This document shows, one piece after another, positions 19,078 through 26,299 of a stretch of DNA of 64,000 nt. Made by a program: the position numbers and the translations under genes. Origin of the DNA: Blautia sp. (lineage in GTDB: Bacteria > Bacillota > Clostridia > Lachnospirales > Lachnospiraceae); NCBI GenBank assembly GCA_022769545.1, contig JALEJS010000046.1:2388-66387 (forward strand), written 5' to 3'. How positions within the stretch are numbered: the stretch's first letter is position 1; each line of letters begins with the position of its first letter. The notes under the pieces are model-generated. The model worked only from the letters and a program-made list of their open reading frames with translations, had not been told where the DNA came from and made no database searches.

Positions 19078-19149
19078 CAGCCAGTACGGGAATCGAACCC
19101 GTGTTTCCGCCGTGAGAGGGCGGCGTCTTAACCCCTTGACCAACTGGCC
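19078..19149 (-). tRNA. tRNA-Glu (anticodon CUC)
   Basis: Hand-folded cloverleaf. Acceptor GGCCAGT/ACTGGCT, anticodon arm CCGCC-CTCTCAC-GGCGG, T arm ACGGG-TTCGATT-CCCGT, 4-nt variable loop and 3-bp D stem typical of tRNA-Glu. No CCA is encoded. Confidence 0.9.
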
Positions 19150-19167
19150 TTGTCAACCGACTTGTTT

Positions 19168-19196
19168 AGTATATAATACTTTGACTGAATTTGCAA
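19168..19196 (-). promoter_or_regulatory. Candidate promoter for tRNA-Glu
   Basis: On the minus strand: TTGCAA, 17-nt spacer, TATACT, about 20 nt upstream of the tRNA 5' end. Confidence 0.4.
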
Positions 19197-19267
19197 GTGT
19201 TTTTTTAAAATATTTAAAAAAAATTATGAACAAAAATTTGTATTTTTCCGGAGCTCATTTTTTCTGG

Positions 19268-19296
19268 TTGCGTAGTCCGGTGATTTCATATATGCT
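19268..19296 (+). promoter_or_regulatory. Candidate promoter for the first transglutaminase-like gene
   Basis: TTGCGT, 17-nt spacer, TATGCT. Confidence 0.3.
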
Positions 19297-19341
19297 GTAA
19301 ACAGAAGTAATGTAATCCTGTTTTTAATGAGGAAGAGTATC

Positions 19342-21564
19342 ATGAATCGAAAAATCAGTAAAGCAGCAGCGTGGATACTTGCGGTAATACTCGCAGTTAC
19401 ATCTGTGCAGCCGATGGTCTTCGCTTCAGAGCTGTCAGACGAGTCACAGACAGCAGAAGCGGTACAGCCGGAAGGCGGACTGGAGGCTGCCGGGGAAAAG
19501 GGATCGGATTCAACGGATCAGACCGATACAGAGGATGTGTCTGTTCAGGTGCCATTGGATCAGACCAGGCCGGAGGAGGATGCTTTTTTATCAGAATCGT
19601 ATGAGACAGAAGCGGATGAGGAAGTGATTCTGCCCGGGGATTCTATGGGAACAGAGGTGGTTTCTTCCACAGATGAAGCGGCAGAGACGCCGGATGCCGG
19701 CGTGGAAAAAGAAGGAGCGCTTTCTGTCCGTGTGGATGATGAGGGAATCGAAAAGGAAGACGCCTTCACAGACGATGGGTTCTTCGGGGATTCCTGTGAC
19801 GGGGAAAAAACACAGACATTCCGGGATTATCTTATTAATCCGCTGTATGCAGATGTCATCGATGAATCGGATCTGCGGATGCCGGATATCAGGGATTCTT
19901 CGGCGAATGTGCTCTATGGATCCGGGACCGTATATTCCACCACGGCCGCAGCAGTTACCTATGTGCGCAGCAAGCTTGTGAGCCGGACGGCAGACATCAG
20001 TCTTGGCATCAATTATACAGGAAGCCCGGAAAGTCTGGTTGTCGATGTTTTCAATACGGCTCTGACGACACATACGGGAATACCGCAGGAGGGCGATTAT
20101 CTTTGGTTCCAGTACGGCGGTGCAGGGTATTCGGCTGAGTATACAGATCAGGTGGTGTATGTGACCTTTTCCGTGAAGTATTACACTACGGCAGCACAGG
20201 AAGCGGAGGTGAACCGGAGAATTAAGGATGTCCTGGCAGGTATGGAGCTGTCCGGTAAAAGTGAATATGAAAAGACGGCAGTCATATATGATTTTATCTG
20301 CCGGAACGTGTCCTACGATTATGCCAATCTGGAAAACGATGCATATGACCTGAAATATACGGCGTACGGTGCGCTTCAGCTGGGAACGGCTGTCTGCCAG
20401 GGGTATGCAGTTCTGTTTTACCGGCTGGCTCTGGAAGCCGGACTGGATTCCCGCGTCATACCGGGAACTGCGGAGGGCGGAGGCCATGCATGGAATATTG
20501 TCAGGATCGGACAGTACTATTATAATCTGGATTCCACCTGGGATTCCGAGATCAACGATCCGAAATACTATTATTATTTCCTCTGTTCCGATGCCAGCTT
20601 TGCAAAGGACCACCAGAGGGATGACATTGCGTCTACGAGTGCCTTTTATAAAAGCTATCCCATGGCATCGAAGAACTTTGTACTCTGTGATGAGACTGGG
20701 CATACGGAATATAAAAGAATTGAGAAGGCAACGTTTTCCACAAGAGGAAAGATCAGTACCATTTGCAAAAACTGCGGAACAGAACTGAAGGTCAGCAAAG
20801 GAATCGCCTGTCCGAAGACATTCACTCTGTCCAAAACCAGCTATACATACAATGGGAAGGTGCTAAGGCCGACGGTAACGGTGAAAAATACTTCCGGAAA
20901 TGTGATCAATCCGGATTATTACACTGTGACGTATTCCTCCGGATGTGTCAATGCGGGGAAATATTATGTGACGATTAAATTCAAAACGTATTACAGCGGC
21001 ACAAAGGTACTGTCTTATACCATCAATCGAAAAAATCAGAAAATCAATGCGTCTGACCAGGGCGTTCTGCTTGGCTCCGGACTGTTTTCTCTGGGAGCGA
21101 AGCTGACAACAGGAAACGGGAAGCTGACCTATGCATCCGCAAATCCGGAGGTTGCGGCGGTTTCTCCACTGGGGAATGTCCTTGCGAAATCAATCGGAAA
21201 AGCGACCATATATATCAAGGCAGCACAGACAAAGAACTTCAATCAGGCAGTGAAAAAAGTCGTCGTCTCGGTTTTGCCAAGAGGTACGGCATTCACAGGC
21301 ATGGTCAACACAACAGGACAGAAAGCAGTGCTTCGCTGGACAGGAAACTCATCCGTATATGGGTATCAGATTCTTTACTGGTCCAGATCCGATTACAGTG
21401 ACAGGAAGATTCTCACGCTCAAACCCTATACCAGAACCAGTGCGGTATTGTCCGGACTGAAAAAGGGAACCTGGAATTTCCGCATTCGAACATTCTGTAT
21501 CAAAAACAGTGAAGTTTTCTATTCTCCCTGGGGAGCTGTGAAAAAACTGAGTATTACAAAGTAA
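19342..21564 (+). CDS. Secreted transglutaminase-core (cysteine-protease-fold) protein with C-terminal Ig-like and Fn3-like domains, paralog 1
   Basis: Signal peptide MNRKISKAAAWILAVILAVTSVQPMVFA and an acidic linker. Transglutaminase core GTAVCQGYAVLFYRLA...GGHAWNIV...YYYNLDSTWDS (Cys-His-Asp). C-terminal repeats TFTLSKTSYTYNGK..RPTV, LFSLGAK and YGYQILYW. An alternative start is at 19327. Confidence 0.8.
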   Translation: MNRKISKAAAWILAVILAVTSVQPMVFASELSDESQTAEAVQPEGGLEAAGEKGSDSTDQTDTEDVSVQVPLDQTRPEEDAFLSESYETEADEEVILPGDSMGTEVVSSTDEAAETPDAGVEKEGALSVRVDDEGIEKEDAFTDDGFFGDSCDGEKTQTFRDYLINPLYADVIDESDLRMPDIRDSSANVLYGSGTVYSTTAAAVTYVRSKLVSRTADISLGINYTGSPESLVVDVFNTALTTHTGIPQEGDYLWFQYGGAGYSAEYTDQVVYVTFSVKYYTTAAQEAEVNRRIKDVLAGMELSGKSEYEKTAVIYDFICRNVSYDYANLENDAYDLKYTAYGALQLGTAVCQGYAVLFYRLALEAGLDSRVIPGTAEGGGHAWNIVRIGQYYYNLDSTWDSEINDPKYYYYFLCSDASFAKDHQRDDIASTSAFYKSYPMASKNFVLCDETGHTEYKRIEKATFSTRGKISTICKNCGTELKVSKGIACPKTFTLSKTSYTYNGKVLRPTVTVKNTSGNVINPDYYTVTYSSGCVNAGKYYVTIKFKTYYSGTKVLSYTINRKNQKINASDQGVLLGSGLFSLGAKLTTGNGKLTYASANPEVAAVSPLGNVLAKSIGKATIYIKAAQTKNFNQAVKKVVVSVLPRGTAFTGMVNTTGQKAVLRWTGNSSVYGYQILYWSRSDYSDRKILTLKPYTRTSAVLSGLKKGTWNFRIRTFCIKNSEVFYSPWGAVKKLSITK

Positions 21565-21675
21565 TTTTATCTCAGCAGGAGTCCAGACTCCGGCTGAGAT
21601 AAACGCTCCGCGAGGATGTGCAGCGATTCTGAGATGGAAGATGTCAGCGTAAGCTGACCAGAATCGAGCACCAAG

Positions 21676-21698
21676 TCTTACGTGCGTTCGACTTGAAT
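21676..21698. repeat. Left arm of an imperfect inverted repeat (pairs with 21842..21864)
   Basis: TCTTACGTGCGTTCGACTTGAAT versus the reverse complement of the right arm, TCTTAAGTGCATTCGACTTGAAT: 21/23 identical. Confidence 0.85.
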
Positions 21699-21700
21699 CA

Positions 21701-21736
21701 AGAGAGTATCTTAACTGTGGGGTACTCTCTTTTTTG
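21701..21736 (+). terminator. Intrinsic terminator inside the IR-bracketed segment
   Basis: AGAGAGTA/TACTCTCT stem with a 14-nt loop, followed by TTTTT. Confidence 0.6.
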
Positions 21737-21793
21737 ACGTCAGGAAATATGCATCCTGCGTATGCGGTAAAAGTGCCCGGAAGGATTATCTTA

Positions 21794-21822
21794 TTGTATA
21801 TTTTTATTCTTTCGGTTATAAT
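21794..21822 (+). promoter_or_regulatory. Candidate glmS promoter inside the IR-bracketed segment
   Basis: TTGTAT, 17-nt spacer, TATAAT, about 90 nt upstream of the glmS ATG. Confidence 0.5.
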
Positions 21823-21841
21823 GAAAACGAATTTTTCATAT

Positions 21842-21864
21842 ATTCAAGTCGAATGCACTTAAGA
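21842..21864. repeat. Right arm of the imperfect inverted repeat (pairs with 21676..21698)
   Basis: ATTCAAGTCGAATGCACTTAAGA. See the left arm. The arms are separated by 143 bp. Confidence 0.85.
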
Positions 21865-21910
21865 TACAGATATAATAAGAAATGAAGGATCAGAATAAAG
21901 GGAGATTATT

Positions 21911-23749
21911 ATGTGTGGAATTGTAGGATATGTGGGGGACCATCAGGCGGCTCCCATTTTACTGGACAGCCTTTCCAAACTGGAGTACAGAGGTTACGAT
22001 TCTGCCGGAGTGGCAGTTCGCAACGGAGATGGAAAGATTGAAATTGTAAAGGCGAAAGGAAGACTTCGTGTTCTTTCTGATAAAATTAACGGCGGTCAGG
22101 CACTGGCAGGGACCTGCGGCATCGGGCATACCAGGTGGGCGACACACGGTGAGCCCTCTGTGGAAAATGCGCATCCTCATATCAGCGATGACTGTACCGT
22201 TGTGGCAGTACATAACGGAATTATTGAGAATTACCAGGAACTGAAGGAAAAGCTCCTTCGAAAAGGATATCAGTTTTATTCCCAGACCGATACGGAAGTG
22301 GCAATCAAGCTGATTGACTATTATTACAAAAAATATCTGGGTACACCGGTGGATGCCATCAACCATGCCATGATCCGTATTCGCGGTTCTTATGCACTTG
22401 CCATGATGTTTCAGGAATATCCGGGAGAAATCTATGTGGCCCGAAAAGACAGCCCGATGATTCTCGGAATGGATCACGGAGAAGCATATCTGGCTTCCGA
22501 TGTGCCGGCGATTCTGAAATATACCCGGAATGTATATTATATTGGAAATCTGGAAATTGCCCGTCTGCAAAAAGACAATATTACGTTTTATAATCTGGAT
22601 GGCGATGAGATCCAGAAGGAAATGAAAGAGATTGAATGGGATGCAGAGGCTGCGGAAAAAGCCGGCTTTGAGCATTTTATGATGAAGGAGATTCATGAAC
22701 AGCCAAAGGCTGTGGCGGATACCATCCGCTCTGTGGTGAAGGATGGACGGATCGATCTGTCTTCTGTGGAGCTCAGTGAGGAGCAGATCCGGGAGATCAG
22801 CCAGATCTATATCGTGGCCTGCGGATCTGCCTATCATGTGGGTGTTGCGGCACAGTATGTGATCGAGGATCTTGCGAAGATTCCGGTTCGTGTGGAGCTG
22901 GCATCGGAATTCCGATACCGCAATCCCATCCTGGATCCGAACGGTCTGGTGATGATTATCAGCCAGTCAGGCGAAACGGCAGACAGCCTTGCGGCACTCA
23001 GAGAGGCAAAAGCCAGGGGAAATCGTACGCTGGCTATTGTGAATGTGGTGGGATCTTCGATTGCCCGTGAGGCGGACAATGTATTTTATACATTGGCAGG
23101 GCCGGAGATTGCAGTTGCAACGACAAAGGCATACAGCACACAGCTGATTGCTTCCTACGCACTGGCCATACAGTTTGCATATGTCCGGGGAATGCTTCCG
23201 GAGGAAAGGTATCTCGGTCTGATCGAGGAGATGCAGACGCTGCCGGACAAAATTTCCAGGATTCTGGAAGACAAAGAGCGTCTTCAGTGGTTTGCTTCCA
23301 AGCAGGCGGCAGCCAGAGATATTTTCTTTATCGGCCGTGGGCTGGACTATGCCATTTCCATGGAAGGAAGCCTGAAGATGAAGGAAATCAGCTATATTCA
23401 TTCGGAAGCATATGCGGCAGGGGAATTAAAGCACGGTACGATCAGTCTGATCGAGGACAATACACTGGTAATCGGCGTACTCACACAAGGGCATCTCTAT
23501 GAGAAAACGGTAAGCAATATGGTGGAATGCAAGAGCCGCGGAGCTTATCTGATGGGTCTGACGACCTGTGGAAATTACAATATAGAAGATACGGCAGATT
23601 TTGTGTGTTATATTCCGAAGACAGATGAACATTTTACCACATCGCTGGCAGTGGTCCCGCTTCAGCTGATGGGATACTATGTGTCTGTTGCCAAAGGACT
23701 GGATGTGGACAAACCGAGAAATCTGGCTAAGAGTGTGACTGTGGAGTAG
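21911..23749 (+). CDS. glmS: Glutamine--fructose-6-phosphate aminotransferase (isomerising)
   Basis: N-terminal nucleophile MCGIVGY, two SIS domains, and the C-terminal ...KPRNLAKSVTVE. 612 aa. Confidence 0.97.
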   Translation: MCGIVGYVGDHQAAPILLDSLSKLEYRGYDSAGVAVRNGDGKIEIVKAKGRLRVLSDKINGGQALAGTCGIGHTRWATHGEPSVENAHPHISDDCTVVAVHNGIIENYQELKEKLLRKGYQFYSQTDTEVAIKLIDYYYKKYLGTPVDAINHAMIRIRGSYALAMMFQEYPGEIYVARKDSPMILGMDHGEAYLASDVPAILKYTRNVYYIGNLEIARLQKDNITFYNLDGDEIQKEMKEIEWDAEAAEKAGFEHFMMKEIHEQPKAVADTIRSVVKDGRIDLSSVELSEEQIREISQIYIVACGSAYHVGVAAQYVIEDLAKIPVRVELASEFRYRNPILDPNGLVMIISQSGETADSLAALREAKARGNRTLAIVNVVGSSIAREADNVFYTLAGPEIAVATTKAYSTQLIASYALAIQFAYVRGMLPEERYLGLIEEMQTLPDKISRILEDKERLQWFASKQAAARDIFFIGRGLDYAISMEGSLKMKEISYIHSEAYAAGELKHGTISLIEDNTLVIGVLTQGHLYEKTVSNMVECKSRGAYLMGLTTCGNYNIEDTADFVCYIPKTDEHFTTSLAVVPLQLMGYYVSVAKGLDVDKPRNLAKSVTVE

Positions 23750-23789
23750 GAACGGAAACAGGTAATACGAAAGAAGAAAAGGTGATTGT

Positions 23790-26201
23790 TTGAAAAGAAA
23801 TGGAAAGAAAGTCTGGGCAGTGATTCTGGCAGCGGTGCTGACGATTCAACTGTGCTGTCCGGCAGCTCTGGCAGAAGAATTGGTATCCGGTCAGGATCGT
23901 ACAGAAGCGGCGACAATATCATCAGGCTTTGTGGAAGATACGGCGGATATTGCAGAAGATGTTTCGGATATTACAGAAGATACGCCGGATACGGAAGAGG
24001 CGATTCTTTTGCAGGAAAAAGCGCAGGAGCCGGTTCAGACAGAAGAAATTGCGGGAGATATGTCGCAGGCGGAAATTTTGCCGGAGGAGACAGTACCGGA
24101 GGATACGCAGTCGTCAGAGGAAAGCGATGTCCTTGATTCCGGTTCCGGGGAAGATCCGTTCGGCGACAGCTTTATTTCAGAGAATGAGGAAGAATCCGGG
24201 ATCGTACAGCTGGATCAGGAGAAGGTAGTCAATCCGCTGTACGAGGGTCTGGTAGATCCTTCTGAGCTGCTGGATGTTCAGGACAGCGGTATTCAGACGT
24301 ATGCGGAGATAGAATATGCCACAACGGCGGAGCCGCTGGCGGAAACGGTCCGGGAAGGAATGAAAAACCGTCTGTCACTGATTCCGTTGAATTTCCGGCT
24401 GGATACGACAGATGCGAGTGCATGGAAGACGTATCTGAAGTCGGATATCCTTTCCCTTGCGTTTGCACATACGGGAGTTCCCGACGAGGGAGATTATATC
24501 CGGTGGGGGTATAAGGGATATTCCGTGTCGACCAGCTATTTCCAGAAGGACGGATACTACTATTATCAGGCAAAAATTACATTTACTTACTATACGACAG
24601 AAGAACAGGAAACCGAACTGGGAGAAGCCGTGAGTCTGGCACTGCAGGGAATGAATCTTTCCGGACAGACCGATTATGTAAAAATCAAGCGGATCTACGA
24701 TTATATCTGCAGTCATGTTACCTATGATTATGACACACTGAACGACAGCAGCTACACCTTGAAATATACGGCATATGCGGCCATGATAAACGGGACGGCG
24801 GTATGTCAGGGATATGCGGCGCTGCTTTACCGGATGGCACTGTCTGTAGGCGTGGACGCCCGTCTGATTCCGGGAAATGCCAATGCACAGAGACATGGAT
24901 GGAACATTGCAAAGGTTGAGAATCGTTACTACAATCTGGATTCTACCTGGGATTCCAGCCGTACATCGTATGCTTATTTTCTGAAGTCAGATTCTGATTT
25001 CCCGAACCATACCAGGGATTCTGAGTATGCCGACGATGTGTTTTATGCGAACTATCCCATGAGTGAGGAAAATTATGATGATCATGAAAAAAAAGTATTG
25101 CTTGAGGAAGAAGCTGCGACATGTACACAGAATGGCCTTACAGCAGAATATGGATGCGTGAATTGTGATGCGATCATAGAAAGTCAGATGATGATCCCTG
25201 CACTTGGCCATGCAGAGGAAGTGACAAAAGAGGGAAAAGCAGCGACATGTACGGAATCTGGTCTGACGGATGGAATCACCTGCAGCCGTTGTGATGAGAT
25301 TCTGCAGGAGCAGGAAGAGGTTTCTGCGCTGGGGCACGACTGGAGCGGCTGGGAGGTCACAAAGGCGACGCTTACAGAAGACGGAGAGAGAATCCGGGTT
25401 TGTGCGAGAGATGAGAATCACACGGAAGTGCAGACGATATATCATCCGACGACCTTTACACTGTCTGCGACCTCATATCAATATAGTGGCACGGTGCAGC
25501 GGCCCACGGTAAAATCGGTAAAGGATTCCCGGGGAAATGTGATCAGCAGCAGTAATTACACGGTAAGTTATTCTTCCGGATGTAAAAATGCCGGCACCTA
25601 TACCGTCAGTATTAAATTTCAGGGAAATTACAGCGGGACGAAGAAGCTGACTTATAAGATTGTGAAAGCCAGTCAGACGATCACGGCATCCGGAAAGACG
25701 AAGATATTGGGAAATCCGCTGTTTTCGCTGGGGGCAAAATGTACGTCAGGCGGTACATTGACATACAAATCAGATGCGCCTCTGGTTGCAGCGGTATCTT
25801 CGAAAGGAAATGTTCTGGTAAAAAGCGTGGGAACGGCAACGATTACCATCACTGCGGCATCGACAGCAAATTATAACAGTGCTGTAAAGAAGATTACGAT
25901 CAAAGTCCTTCCAACGGGAACAATGGTTTTCGGTCTTGCCAATACGGCAGCCTCCAGGCTGTCGGTCGCATGGAAGCGGAATGCGGCAGCAGATGGCTAT
26001 CAGATTCAGTATGCGATGAAAAATACCTTTTCAGATGCCCGTACCGTTACCATCTGGTCGAATGCCAGAGTGCTTACCTATATTCAGAACCTGGTAAAGG
26101 GAAAAGGATATTATGTGCGGATCCGGACATTTAAGAAAGCCGGAGGAAAATATTATTATTCCACATGGAGTTCGTATAAAGGAATTGTAATCCGATATTA
26201 A
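23790..26201 (+). CDS. Secreted transglutaminase-core protein with Cys-rich repeats, Ig-like and Fn3-like domains, paralog 2
   Basis: TTG start after AAAAGGTGA. Signal peptide KKVWAVILAAVLTIQLCCPAALA. Core GTAVCQGYAALLYRMA...QRHGWNIA...RYYNLDSTWDS. Two ATCTxxGLTxxxxCxxCDxI...ALGH repeats. The C-terminus is collinear with paralog 1. It starts only 40 nt after glmS, with no terminator between. Confidence 0.8.
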   Translation: MKRNGKKVWAVILAAVLTIQLCCPAALAEELVSGQDRTEAATISSGFVEDTADIAEDVSDITEDTPDTEEAILLQEKAQEPVQTEEIAGDMSQAEILPEETVPEDTQSSEESDVLDSGSGEDPFGDSFISENEEESGIVQLDQEKVVNPLYEGLVDPSELLDVQDSGIQTYAEIEYATTAEPLAETVREGMKNRLSLIPLNFRLDTTDASAWKTYLKSDILSLAFAHTGVPDEGDYIRWGYKGYSVSTSYFQKDGYYYYQAKITFTYYTTEEQETELGEAVSLALQGMNLSGQTDYVKIKRIYDYICSHVTYDYDTLNDSSYTLKYTAYAAMINGTAVCQGYAALLYRMALSVGVDARLIPGNANAQRHGWNIAKVENRYYNLDSTWDSSRTSYAYFLKSDSDFPNHTRDSEYADDVFYANYPMSEENYDDHEKKVLLEEEAATCTQNGLTAEYGCVNCDAIIESQMMIPALGHAEEVTKEGKAATCTESGLTDGITCSRCDEILQEQEEVSALGHDWSGWEVTKATLTEDGERIRVCARDENHTEVQTIYHPTTFTLSATSYQYSGTVQRPTVKSVKDSRGNVISSSNYTVSYSSGCKNAGTYTVSIKFQGNYSGTKKLTYKIVKASQTITASGKTKILGNPLFSLGAKCTSGGTLTYKSDAPLVAAVSSKGNVLVKSVGTATITITAASTANYNSAVKKITIKVLPTGTMVFGLANTAASRLSVAWKRNAAADGYQIQYAMKNTFSDARTVTIWSNARVLTYIQNLVKGKGYYVRIRTFKKAGGKYYYSTWSSYKGIVIRY

Positions 26202-26228
26202 AACTATCACGGGAAACTTGAAGAGCTA

Positions 26229-26282
26229 GGAACAAAAAGAATCGGACGGTGTACATGCACCAGTCCGATTCTTTTTTGTTCC
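26229..26282. terminator. Bidirectional terminator between convergent genes
   Basis: A roughly 19-bp stem GGAACAAAAAGAATCGGAC/GTCCGATTCTTTTTTGTTCC whose A/T runs lie within the arms. Confidence 0.7.
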
Positions 26283-26299
26283 GTCTTATTCAGATAAAA

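Noticed and set aside
17590-19078. An integrase gene or att direct repeat defining the AT-rich islet as a mobile element.
   Set aside because: No recombinase-like ORF exists in the islet. The only similarity to the tRNA-Glu 3' half at the distal edge is a 6-mer (GAATCG). I therefore did not call a mobile_element feature.
19197-19222. A near-palindromic pure A/T tract (TTTTTTTAAAATATTTAAAAAAAA) upstream of the first transglutaminase-like gene.
   Set aside because: As an A/T-only hairpin it would be too weak to be a terminator. It is most simply an AT-rich UP-element or curved-DNA spacer between divergent promoters, and nothing more specific can be supported.
21565-21910. The glmS ribozyme expected upstream of a Firmicute glmS.
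   Set aside because: The region has a superficial CGCGAGGATGTG resemblance to the GACGAGGAUGG core. The conserved AGCGCC cleavage-site helix and the CGGCGGAUGCC element are absent. The structured part ends in a terminator and lies upstream of the best promoter. The actual 5'UTR (~90 nt) is too short. A covariance-model scan should confirm this.
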